Assembly (NCBI RefSeq): GCF_018350175.1
Contig: NC_058368.1
Location: 204,602,001-204,666,000 of the forward strand
Reading direction: 5' to 3'
Source of the DNA: Felis catus
Taxonomy: Eukaryota
Length of the DNA: 64,000 nucleotides
Shown here: positions 53,068-64,000 of the stretch, piece by piece
How the letters are laid out: each line of letters begins with the position of its first letter
Numbering within the stretch: the stretch's first letter is position 1
The notes under the pieces: model-generated
The model's database searches: none
Seen by the model: the letters and a program-made list of their open reading frames with translations, nothing else
What the model was told of the DNA's origin: nothing
Made by a program: the position numbers and the translations under genes

Positions 53068-54059
53068 AAAGCTCTCCAGGTTTTAAGGAAAGTGGGCATA
53101 AATGGTTTTTGATAGTCAGTCTAAGGCATTGTTAGTTTTGGAAAGGAATTCATCAGATACAACTATGTTTTGGGTTTTTCTTTTTAATCTGGGATATGAA
53201 AAATGAATATTCACTTGAGTTTTACTGGGAATACTGCAGCTCTGATCATGGCAAATATTCTGGATAGGAATGAAGGAAATGATTTACTTCATTATGTTTG
53301 AATGCTCTTTGGGCTACAAAGGATTTCACAGGGATTTCAATGGAATCTCATAATTCCAGAATTCAGACTTAGTTCATACGTCTCAGGGAAAAATTCACCA
53401 CTAATTTACACATCCCTTCAGCAAATATTTATTGTGGATCAGTAATTTATCAAGCTGCCCAGTGAATCTCTACTGTTGTGATTCAGAAGCCCCAAAGGCC
53501 ATGAGAAAATGTGGCATGTTCCTAGTGCTTGTCTGGAACACCCGTCTCTGGTCCTTGTCATATTGCCTTATCAAGTATGTGAGAGCCAAGTACTGTCAAC
53601 ATTGCCTGTACAGGTGTCTGTCCAGCCATGGCTTCCAGATTACTCTTTTGATTCCAAACTCCCTGATTCTTTTTCTCTCTGCTCCTTTTTCCTAGTTCCA
53701 TACCTGATTTTTTTGAGCATTGACACTAGCTCCCCTTAGTTTGTTGACCTATTAGAGCCCTTACAAACCTCAGCTTCTGACTCAAGATTTTATCTTTATA
53801 GGCTCCTTCGACTTTAGTGTTTCCTGAAGCTTTGAGTTGAAGATAGTCCAGTCAGCCCTACGTTCAAGAACTCTCATCTGCTGGGCTAGTGGGAAAATTA
53901 TAAAGGTTAAGCGTCAATTATGAGAAAATATAAGAATAAGACCCAGAGTTGCATTTAATTTCAGATTTTGGGAAAACTAGATTGCACACTTAGGAAGAAA
54001 TTCCATAAAATTTACTCCAGACACCAATCTAGACAATGGTATAAGGGCTGATCAATATT

Positions 54060-54172
54060 ATTTTTTTAAGATTTTTTATTTTTAAGTAATCTCTACACAC
54101 AACGTGGGGCTCGAACTCACAACCCTAAGATCAAGAGTCACATGTTCCACTGAATGAGCCAGCTGGGTGCCC
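54060..54172 (-). mobile_element. Short older Can-SINE
   Basis: TSD TGATCAATATTATT. Confidence 0.87.
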
Positions 54173-56434
54173 TGATCAATATTATTATAATGAAAAATAA
54201 TTGCCAGATTTGCAAGAATATTCTTGGCAAGAATATTCTTTTTATAAAAACAGTTTTCTAAAAGTTAATAGACTCACAGAAGAAGTCCTTGATCAAAGCC
54301 ACACATTTAGTTGGAGTGCTGGTTAACTACGATATCAGTGTGCTTTTTCTTCCCTGAGGACTGGGGGCATACATACCTATAGTACAGGGCAGATGGTGTG
54401 AATCAGAACACCACTTTCCCACATGATCTCTGTCTAGTGTGGCTGCAGTTGATTCAAGAATCTCCTTAGTGCTTCTCTAAGCTCAACAGCTGTGTGTGTT
54501 AGAGCCCCAGTGCAGCTATAGTTAGGTGGACACCTCTCTAAAAACACAAAAATACTTCTTCAAGGCTTAAAAAAAAACTAATGAGAAACACTACTGATAT
54601 TTTTAAAGATAAGCTAAAGTAAGTGAATAGAACATTGATTTTTCAGAGTATGTGATTCTTAATAGGTCACAATAATGTTAAAATTCCATGTTAAATACTT
54701 TAAAAAATTAGCTAATATATTATTCCCTATTTTTCAAACAATGAATGTTTTAAAAATCATGAATACTAACCTCATTGTTCCCCCCAACCCCCCCAACAAC
54801 TATGCTTTAAAAAAAACTAAAAATTCTTCTACCAATTAGCAAATGCGTTAATAATACTTAAATACATAGCTGGTTTTTCATTGGTCAAAACACAAACGTC
54901 ATACTCTATGAATGTGGTGTTTCCTTAATTCAGGGGATTATGTCACTTGGGGGCCATCTGATGCCCCTACATGCTTCTTGCATGTTTGTGCCAACACCGT
55001 GTCCCGTGAGGAGCTGTGGGCATCAGCTCTGGCTTTGACAAGTTTGTTTGTTTTAATTAATAGCATCCTATTTCAAGCAAAATGTGTCTCTTGTTTGTTA
55101 CCTTTGGATGTGTTCAGTCCCACGTGAAATTTGTCACCATATAGTTACCTCCATACCTGCATTTATGTTTGATACAGCAAACAGTTCTCAGATCTGTAAA
55201 CTTGTGAGCTTGAAGAAAAGCTCCCATCAAAGCAGATCTCAGTCTCATGAATCACAAAGGATCAAATTAGTCCTTATCTAATCAAAGCTGCTGTTTCCAT
55301 GCCTTCCTCTGATGACTGTTCTTATTTATCTACTTTGAAAACATCTTGAGTTTTCCTAGGCATCCCTTCCATATCAGTGGCTTATCTTTCAACATGGATG
55401 CTCAAACAATATTAGATTTGGAACAATGCGTAGGGTGAAGTCTAAAGCACCTTCTAGTATATGCAAGGGAAAGGACCTTTTAGTAAATGCAAGGGAAAGG
55501 AAGAATCATACAGGTCAATTGGTGCTATTTCCCGAGATATTTCCCTTTGCATGTAAAACCCCCACCTAACACTCAAGCTAAGGGGGTTAGTACTTTACAT
55601 AGGCTCTTCATGTAGCAATAATACTTTCACTTTCTCATATATTGAGACATCAGTGTTTTACAAATGCTAATGGATCAATGCTGTATTATCACCTGCTGTA
55701 GCTAATAAACTCATTTATAGAGTCACAGCTCATAGCTCTTCTCTCTTTTAAGTGTATATTGGACTCAGATTCGTAGGGTCCTATTCTCCATGGAAATTAC
55801 CTACTACCTATAAAAGGGTGAGCATGCTTCTTAAAACTTGGACCTAAATAAATGCATCAACATTCTGGGGCCAAATAATAAGGATGGGGAAGAATGAGAT
55901 AGTATGCAGAGAGATCATTAGGATAAAGTTGAACTTGATAGAATGCAGTCGATGAACTTAATGTTCGATTGTGTGCTGGTGGCTGGAGCAAATGGTCAGA
56001 TTTTAATCATTCATTCAAATTGGAACAAAAAAACTTTCTAGACGGTGCTGTGGCCAGGTCTGCTGGGTGCTCTGAAGTAGAAGGTAAAATAAAAAGGGGC
56101 CTGTTGAACTTGCTTGAAGTGTACTAATCCAGCATGCTGGCCTATCTGTAGGCTGGGTTTAATGCTGCTTTTTTCATTTCCAACTTTCCAACAGAACCTT
56201 GCGCATGCAGCCATTAGGACATTGTCACACTTTACGGTTTTGTTTTGTTTTTGTTTTTTTCTGTTTGCTTGTATGTCTACCCTATTAGATTTTGAGATCC
56301 TTGAGTGTAAGAGAACTTAGTAGCATTGTAAGGGAACTTAGCATTGTGCCTGGCGTAAGCACCTAATTAAATGTTTAATTTCATTTGATTTAATGTAATT
56401 TAACATCCCAGAAAGGTTTGTTTGAAAATTCTGT

Positions 56435-56601
56435 TTTCTTTTTCTTTTTAAAGTTTGTTTATCTATTTTGAGAGAGAGTTTGAGAGACAGGATCCCAAGC
56501 AGGCTCTGCCCGGTCAGTGCAGAGCCCACGCAGGGCTTGATGAGATCACGACCTGAGTTGACACGAAGAGTTGGACACCTGACAGCCACCCATGCGTCCC
56601 C
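56435..56601 (-). mobile_element. Can-SINE (internally deleted)
   Basis: TSD AAAATTCTGTT. Confidence 0.85.
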
Positions 56602-58092
56602 AAAATTCTGTTCTCTTAACAATGCTGACTGGTCCTAGTTTGCTTGGTACAGAAGAGGCTGAGGCTGTTAAGGATGGATTGGTTCCCTGCAAACATCCCC
56701 GCCCCCCACCCCCAGTCTTCTCCTTTTGCCATCTGGGGTTTTAGACACACGCTGACCTGCACTCACAATCCTGGGTACTTTGCTGTGTAGCTAGAGGCAC
56801 ATCTGGAGGGAATCCTTTTGGGGCAGGAGGCAGCTGCTAAGCCACTTGTAAAGGAGGGAGGGGCTGGTAAAATTTCCTGTTGCAGAACAACCCAAGATGA
56901 CTACTCAAATAATCTGTCAGGGAAATGAGGTACAGGGGGGACAATCGGCTTTAAACAAAGATTTTTGACAAAAGTCTTTCAAAAAAATGAGTCTGTATAT
57001 TTGCATTTTTATTCCCTGGAAAAACTAGGCATTTCTCAAAGGGATCTGGGACCCAAAATAGTACTACTGCTTAGTTTGAGTAAACAGTTTGGCTTTCAAA
57101 ATCAAGCTTCTAATTTGATAAATTTCTTTGTGGGAAGGCTGACATCTGAGCCTCTTTGTATTCACCCCTTTGTGGTACAATAGTACTCAGTACACAACAA
57201 TCAATAGGGGTTTGTTTGGGAAAAATACATTAATAGTATAAGCAAGGCTTACTTGAAAACCAGGGCTACCCAGGGATGACATTTGCTCTTACCTTATACC
57301 CCATGGTGTGCTCACGTGTAGCAGTTATTGGGAAGCGTTTACCCCCTTCTGAAAGAGTAAGAACTTTCCATTTAATTTGTGAAAAATGTTAAATTTCTAT
57401 ATGCTTTTCCATGCTCAACTTCTACCACTAAAATTTTTTATCTGTATGGTCCTTATATTTGTAAATATTTCCCATTCAATTCTTAAATGCTTCTGTGGGA
57501 TCCACAGGTCTTACAGGGAGTACAACATCTGTTCTAATAAACTGAGGCTTGGTTTCCCTCTGCTAGGAGGCTTAGTTTCTTGTTCCTTTCCTTAAATGAA
57601 AAAGAAGAGAGCAGAGATCCTGTGAGATCCCACACAGATCCAAGTTTTAAACATAGTAAAATAATCCAAGCAACTCTGTAACAGCAGGAGAGGGAAAGAT
57701 TTGAAACAGCAGGTGACTTTTGTAACAAAGCTCACACAGTCTGGGTTAGGCTAACCTGGCCACAACAGAGCAGAAGGAAAAAACAGATTTTTTTTTTTTT
57801 TTTTTAAAGCAGCAGCTTAACTTGCTGGCTCAGCAAATGTTTTTCCCTATTATAGTTTGAAAAAGAACATGACTTGGAGGCCCTTTTACCCTTAGTCCTT
57901 CCTCCCGCCCCCGACTGTACCATTAAATCCTAGCTACTGGGGTGACTAAAAAGGATAGGGATTAAATCAATAATCACAAAAAAGTTTCCCCCCATTTTAT
58001 GCCTGGCAGCACTTGCTGCTTTCTTTAAGTTGATTGTAACAACCAATTCAGGGGTTTGCTCTGCTTGCAAGGTCACAGCCAGAGGGGGACAG

Positions 58093-58105
58093 TGAACTTT
58101 GGACT
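58093..58105 (-). promoter_or_regulatory. HNF4A DR1 element
   Basis: TGAACTTTGGACT = AGTCCA-A-AGTTCA on the minus strand, a typical HNF4 DR1; HNF4A regulation of SELENOP is established. Confidence 0.75.
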
Positions 58106-58121
58106 ACAGCCGGGGAGAGAG

Positions 58122-58129
58122 GTAAACAA
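58122..58129 (+). promoter_or_regulatory. FOXO/forkhead element
   Basis: GTAAACAA just upstream of TATA; FOXO regulation of SELENOP is established. Confidence 0.75.
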
Positions 58130-58135
58130 CAGGAC

Positions 58136-58143
58136 TATAAATA
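58136..58143 (+). promoter_or_regulatory. TATA box of SELENOP promoter
   Basis: TATAAATA about 70 nt upstream of the exon 1 donor. Confidence 0.85.
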
Positions 58144-58159
58144 TCAGGGCTTCTGGCTG

Positions 58160-58214
58160 TGGAGCTGCGGAGCTGAGCAAAGAGAAAGGAAGCAGGCTGA
58201 TCCGAAGGGGTTGT
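58160..58214 (+). other. SELENOP: SELENOP exon 1 (non-coding 5' UTR; 5' end approximate)
   Basis: Follows TATAAATA (58136-58143); ends ...GGGGTTGT before donor GTAAGT (58215-58220). Joined to exon 2 it gives ...GGTTGT|GACAACCCCAGCAATG, matching the mammalian SELENOP 5' UTR as I recall it. TSS inferred from TATA spacing. Confidence 0.8.
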
Positions 58215-59489
58215 GTAAGTAGGAACTTTGTGTTCTGCAGTATTTCTTTTAGAGTCTAGTAAATAATTTGATTTTGAGTCTGATAAAATGTTTCTGTCCT
58301 TAGAATAGATTTTTTAAAAAGAGAGATGGGTAAAGTGATAAAAATAATACAAAAGAAAGAACAAAAGGGTCTGGACTTGGGTGTGGTGGGTGGAGGTCCG
58401 CAGCCCTTTGCTGATTTCTGCCCTGTCTTGTGCCCCCGGAGGATAGAGATGGGAGCAGAGGAGGCTGGAAAAATCAGTTACTCTGCAAAGAGTTGTGATG
58501 TTATAGAGGCAGTTTTGCTTGTTTAAGCTTGTCTCCCACTGCAATGCAGAGTGAGAACTCTAAGGAGAAATCAGCCCGTGGGTTTGAAGAGCAGAGACTG
58601 AAATACGGCCATTCTACAGTGCTGTAGAAACGTCCAGGGATACTGTGAGGAGTTTCAGGAAACAAACAAAAAAAAATCCCTGGCGGCAGGGAGAGCAGGT
58701 TGGGTCCACTGGGCAGAAGTGGTTGCCCTTAAAAGAGTTCAAACCCATTCAAATCAGGTGGCCTGTGACTAAGTGCAAAGTTTTGCAGTTTACAAGGTGA
58801 GTGGGTACTTTTAGGTCAATGAGGAAGGACCTTCAGATGCCAGTTTGAAGTTAAGGGAGAAAGTTTCTGCATATTCTGCCTTTTAATGGGGGACTTTTAA
58901 ACAAATGTTAGTCTGTATGTGGCCAGAAATCAAGTTCTGTGATTGAAAAGTGGTGAGATTAGTGAAATTTACAAATACTTTCAACAGCTTCTAATAGATC
59001 CTATTTAGTTATTTATAGATAGATATAACTATAGTCAAATGTTTATTATGCAAAAAAATGATCTTAAGACAAAGTTGAACGGCCTATTGAATATAACAGA
59101 AGAGGAAAATTTGCGAGTGTGAACACTGTAACCCACTACCCTTTATGTCTCTTTTCATCAAAAAAATTAAATGAAGGGAATAAGGGGAAAAGCCTTTTCA
59201 TTTATATTCGCTACTTAGCCACTAGAAAGGGTATGCAAAAGTGAAAGGGTATGGCAAAGTGAGGAAACTAAGCGCTGAATTTATGCTGAAGCTTCTATAG
59301 TTACTGAAATTCTATTCTAGAAAGTAGGGGAAACCTCTCCATCCTAGTAAAAAACCAAACAGATTGAATTATTTTGATGTTCTCCTTGCCATCCCAGGGC
59401 ATAAACAAACAAAACCCTGGCTACTATAGTTATTAAAGGTGATCTACCTCATAGCTAAGAGGTCATGTTTTGGATTTAGCAGAACTGGT

Positions 59490-59700
59490 TTGAATCTAGT
59501 TTCTTTGGTGACTTAGTATCTGTGTGGACTTGGGCAAGATGCCTAAACTCTCTTGGCCATGTTTCTTCAGCTGCAAAAGGCGGGTAATGGTCATATAGTT
59601 GTAAGGATTAACTGACATGATAAAAAAAAAAAAACAACTGCTTAGCACCACCTGCATAGACTTCTGTAAATGCTCAATGAGCAGTAGCCATAATAAGGAT
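59490..59700 (+). mobile_element. MIR in SELENOP intron 1
   Basis: tgtgtggacttgggcaagatgcctaaactctct...gtttcttcagctgcaaaagg...gttgtaaggatta...taaatgctcaat. Confidence 0.7.
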
Positions 59701-61228
59701 AATTGTGTCACCAGTATAAATACTATCCTAAAGAAATTCCCTAGATTTAGTCCAGATATATCCTTTCTTTTTTTAAATATTAGAATTTTAAAAAACATGA
59801 GAATAGTTGGGATGGCCTTAATCATTTGATTTATCTGTCTCTCTTATGTTAGGCTCTTGGATTTTGTGATATTAAATGATATGAAAGATAATCAAGTTTT
59901 AAAAATTCTATACTTATCAGTGCACCAGATCCCAAATCAATCTGATTCTAACCTTTCTACTCCCATCTTAATTCTGGGCTCACTCTAACTTATCATTAGC
60001 TGCCTACTAGCAGCTATCATTAGCTCCCTCCTCCTATCCCTCCCCCCCCCCCAAAGTACCTTTACTTTCTTATCCCAGATCAGTGCCTGAAAATGTGTCA
60101 ACTTCCTAGTTCTGGAATGTTGCCCTGATCTCTCTCCACAGATTCTTACATCAGAATAAGCCTGTTCCTGGGTTTTTCTTTTTCTGCTCTTCTCTGCTGA
60201 GTGTGTTCCTTGTTTTCACTACCTGTCTATAGTTCACCTGTTTCATGTGTACCTCTCTGCTGAGAGTTAGCCCTAGTCTGGGGAATATTTCTAGTCAGAT
60301 ATTTAACTTTTCTACTCAGTGGTACTTACCCAAGAACGTGCCATCTAGTCACAGAAATTTCTTGACAGTAATGGTAGCCAATAAATAGACTGAGTGTGAA
60401 TTGCAGTGGGTCTTAAATGGTTGAAGGGGTCGTGGTTTGTGACATTTCTCCTTGGTCAGTCAGGCTTTTTCCTTTGGTTCCTATCTATCTTGGATGTGGT
60501 AGTAACATTTTGGCAGGCAGTTTTATACCTGAAAAGATTCAAATCCTTTAATAGTCACATACAGCTAGACTTTAAAGAATAAGAAGAACAAAAGGGAGCC
60601 GGACCCAAGAGACTTATAAACACAGAGGGCTTGAACATGAAGAACTAAGGGCCCCATATGGGCCACCTTCATGTTGGTAAACTGCCCTTGCAGCCTCCTC
60701 TTTCTTCCGGGGTTCTCTTTCCATGCTGGCTCTTTTCATTTCTGTGCAGAATCCTCTACTTACCCTTTCCTTTCTCAGATTGGTGGAGGACAGAAAGCAG
60801 CAATCAGAACTTGGTGCATTTTAAATAAAAACAAAATCACGTCTGCAGAATGTTATTGGGTTATAGAGGGCACAGTCTCAAAATTTTTCTAAACATGTAT
60901 ATTCTCCTAGAGAAATACTGGGCTGCCTGTTCAGGCAGATTTCCATAGCATGCTTACTAAAGTATCTTGTCAGGTCAGATAGTTAAGAGGTGCTTTGACA
61001 ACTCCCTTGCCTCTGGCTGATTTTTTACTCCTTTTGGGAAGATTTGGTGCAGGAACGCCCAACGTGATGAATGAGCCCAGCAACGCTGGGATAGAATCCA
61101 TGGGCTAAGCCGATAGTGATAGAAAGGGGGACTGTACTGGCTGTATTTCTAGAAATCCCTGGCTATGACTGTGAAGTCACCTGTGAAGATGACAGCAAGG
61201 TTTCCTCTTTTACAGGACAACCCCAGCA

Positions 61229-61431
61229 ATGTGGAAAAGCCTGGGGCTTGCCCTGGCTCTCTGTCTTCTCCCATGGGGAAGAACAGAGAGCCAGGGACAA
61301 AGCTCTTTTTGTAAGCAGCCTCCAGCCTGGAGCATAAGGGATCAAAATCCAATGCTAAACTCAAGTGGTTCCGTGACCGTGGTTGCTCTTCTTCAAGCCA
61401 GCTGATACCTGTGCATCCTGCAGGCATCCAG
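61229..61431 (+). CDS. SELENOP: SELENOP exon 2 coding part (signal peptide and first selenocysteine, U59 in UYLC)
   Basis: Acceptor tttcctcttttacag|G (exon starts 61216); ATG 61229; MWKSLGLALALCLLPWGRTESQGQSSFCKQPPAWSIRDQNPMLNSSGSVTVVALLQAS-TGA(61403-61405)-YLCILQAS-AG; donor GTGAGC at 61432 (phase 2). Confidence 0.97.
61251..61296 (+). promoter_or_regulatory. mRNA stem-loop in signal-peptide coding region (initiation stem-loop-like)
   Basis: CCCTGGCTCTCTG pairs perfectly with CAGAGAGCCAGGG (13 bp); after one bulged A, TCTTCTCC pairs with GGGGAAGA (one G-U) around a CAT loop. Confidence 0.8.
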
Positions 61432-61671
61432 GTGAGCTGGTTTCAGTGGTCTAGGATTTCTCAATTAAATACATAATACATACATACATAAAATAAAATA
61501 GAAATGGAAAAGATGTATTTATTAAATCACATTTTATAAAGAAGAGATATGAGTAAGTAAAAAAAAAGGAATAAGAGAGTTTCATGTAAAAAAAGAGTGA
61601 GGAGAGAGAATAAATTCAATGAGATTTTTCCTTTTTTTTTTTTTTTTTTGTATTTTTCCCAAATATTTTAG

Positions 61672-61884
61672 ATTGGAAGACCTGAGAGTAAAACTGGAGC
61701 AAGCAGGATATTTGAACATCTCTTACGTTGTTGTTAATCATCAAGGACTCTCTTCTCGATTAAAATACATGCATCTTAAAAATAAGGTTTCAGAACATAT
61801 TCCTGTTTATCAACAAGAAGAAAACGAAACAGATGTCTGGACTCTCTTAAATGGGAAGAAAGATGACTTCTTCGTATATGACAG
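61672..61884 (+). CDS. SELENOP: SELENOP exon 3
   Basis: Poly-T tract and ttttag acceptor; (R)LEDLRVKLEQAGYLNISYVVVNHQGLSSRLKYMHLKNKVSEHIPVYQQEENETDVWTLLNGKKDDFFVYD(R); donor GTGTGT at 61885; 213 nt, phase 2-2; inside ORF 61619..61930. Confidence 0.97.
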
Positions 61885-63157
61885 GTGTGTATACACACAC
61901 ACACACATGCCCACACACACCCCAAATTAAAAGATGCCTTCTTAGCATTTAATTTAATAGTGATTTAAAATAAGACATCTTCTTTTGTTTTATTACCAAG
62001 TACTCAGAGTGAGCTATTAAAATGGTTTTAATGTTTTATCTCACAAACTGACTTTCTTTTGTGCAAAAGAATTCACCATTCTAGTAGGGAAATACAGAAA
62101 ATTGACTATAATCCCCCCCCCCCAATAAATTAGCATTCTGCCTGAATAAAAGGATCAATTTGTGTATCAAGTACAATTCAAACCTGAGAATTTGCAGAAT
62201 AACTACACTTTGCGACCACTTTTTTATCTTTAATCTGATTAATAATTTAAAGGGTACACACCTGAATTTCTGAACTATAAAGTGTTAATCATTTAGATCT
62301 AATCTGCATGAATCTGCTTTTGATTCCATGAATGAATAAAACATTTGTATCTTAAGGGAACCTCCATGCTTACATTATTTGATATTACCAACATTTTTAG
62401 TTGGTGCTGTTTTCTTTTGACTCTTCAGAAATGGTGAGGCATATTCTGCTTAGACCTAAGCCCTACTTCATCTTACTCTAAATATTTTTAATATTACATA
62501 CTCTTTTAGGACTGCAGACTTCTAATTTAGACAGTTGCAAAGTGTAGCTCTTTGATAGTCACATAATATTATATATCCTGGGGAAAATGTGGGAAAGAAG
62601 GACATTTCAACTCCACTATTTCTGAGAATGCTGAGTATTATAATTCCATTTCTTTCATTATGCTGAAATTTTTGTTGCATCAGACATGTTTTTAAATAAA
62701 TGGGCTATTGGCCAAGACTTGAGGATACTGTAATTTTTTGTTGTGTGGAATTTGTGCTGCCATAGCAGTTATGAAAACCTCATGTGATTTGCAGAGCCTG
62801 ATTTATGGTAAGGTAGTGGTTTGTGCATTCATAGAATTTATAAGTCTATACCAAATTGTATTTGACCAAGTCACAATGACTTATGTATTTTGATATCCTT
62901 TATAGTGGCATATCTAGAAGATTTCAAAACGCTGGTATGAGACTCCCGGTAGTCTTGCTCTGACCTAACCTGGTATGTGGTGCCAGGGAGCTCACTTGAG
63001 ACCCCATTCAAGGAAGTTTACTGGAGGTGTGAATGGGTCTTAGTTATAAGACCATTAAACCAATAGCACCTATCCCAAACTGCTTGAGTATGATCATGAT
63101 ACAGAAAATATTGTACTGATATGTAATGATAAATGTAATGTTTGCCCTTTTTTTTAG

Positions 63158-63275
63158 ATGTGGCCGTCTTGTATACCATCTTGGTTTGCCTTACTCCTTC
63201 CTAACTTTCCCATATGTAGAAGAAGCCATTAAGATCGCTTACTGTGAAAAGAAATGTGGAAACTGCTCTCTCATG
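63158..63275 (+). CDS. SELENOP: SELENOP exon 4
   Basis: Acceptor ccctttttttttag; (R)CGRLVYHLGLPYSFLTFPYVEEAIKIAYCEKKCGNCSLM; donor GTATTT at 63276; 118 nt; inside ORF 63126..63410. Confidence 0.96.
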
Positions 63276-64000
63276 GTATTTTATTTTTCTCAATTATTTC
63301 TCCTGGGAGAAAAGAGAAAGTCTTTTAAGAGTTCTCTAAATAAGTTAATATTTCATCACCCATTAGCTAAGCAATGTTTCTGTTGGTATACTAAAAATAA
63401 ACAACAGTGATTTTTATAATTACTTCCTATTATGTAACATACACTGTAAGACATTTTTTCCAGATCCGTATTGCTGCTTTTATCTAGAAGGAGTTTATAA
63501 AACAAAAACCAACATAGATGGCATATTTCAAATACCACCGAATGATGTTGGGTGTGTTCAAAATGCCTAAAGAATTCAGCCAACATAAAATATTATTGTA
63601 GTACTCTGAATGTGTTCACACGAGAGCATAGTGATGGCAAAGCTTATTCATGGCATTACCTGAAATGGAATTGAGGCCCAGATAGTTACGATATCAAAGA
63701 TCTAAGACTGCAGCTTTCCCATGAAGCCCTTACACTGTCTGCCCACTCTGCAGTCAGAATTACTGCATTTATTTCACAGTGGAATAAGTTTTCTACTTGT
63801 TACTGATATTTTTCTCCTAACAACCATGAGAATATTTACTCCTTTTTATGAGAAGCTCTACATTTAAGTATTGTTTATAAAAAGATACTCAAGGAATTGA
63901 TTTTAATTTATATTAACTAGACTCCCCCCTCCCCATATTGAAAAGGAAAACAATTACAAACAATGTTTCCTTAATAGGGAAAATTGGCAAAATTTGAACT

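Larger units (their letters stand above)
58136..64000 (+). other. SELENOP: Selenoprotein P gene, 5' portion (TATA box through exon 4 and part of intron 4; continues beyond window)
   Basis: Three spliced coding exons (203+213+118 nt = 178 codons) with GT/AG ends and consistent phases translate to MWKSLGLALALCLLPWGRTESQ...LLQASUYLC...CEKKCGNCSLM, the selenoprotein P N-terminal domain; TATA box and non-coding first exon upstream. Confidence 0.97.

Noticed and set aside
61229..61431. SELENOP as a pseudogene because of the internal stop
   Set aside because: The TGA is at the conserved Sec position; introns, splice sites, frame and promoter are intact.
63276..64000. SECIS element in window
   Set aside because: This is intron 4; SECIS elements are expected in the exon 5 3' UTR beyond the window, and I saw no convincing SECIS fold here.

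Overview
Mammalian genomic DNA, almost certainly from a felid (cat family), judged from abundant SINEC_Fc-type Can-SINEs and felid L1 3' ends. About 57 kb is repeat-rich intergenic sequence: roughly 30 Can-SINEs, truncated L1s, MaLR/ERVL/ERV1 LTRs, MER5/MER20/Tigger DNA transposons, MIR/L2 relics and microsatellites. The last ~6 kb holds the 5' part of SELENOP (selenoprotein P) on the + strand: a TATA promoter with HNF4 DR1 and FOXO sites, non-coding exon 1, and coding exons 2-4 (178 codons). Exon 2 contains an in-frame TGA at codon 59, read as selenocysteine in the UxxC motif, and a long hairpin over the signal-peptide codons; this TGA is why the ORF track misses exon 2. Exon 5, the Sec-rich C-terminus and the SECIS elements lie beyond the window. 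I found no convincing previously undescribed gene system. The best less-documented items are a young-looking 527-bp solo ERV LTR with duplicated R-region hairpins, an ETS plus MARE/ARE motif cluster ~35 kb upstream of SELENOP, apparent glycosylation-sequon changes, and several fold-back junction signatures. Repeat boundaries are approximate unless TSDs are quoted, and repeat family names come from recognition, not a database search.
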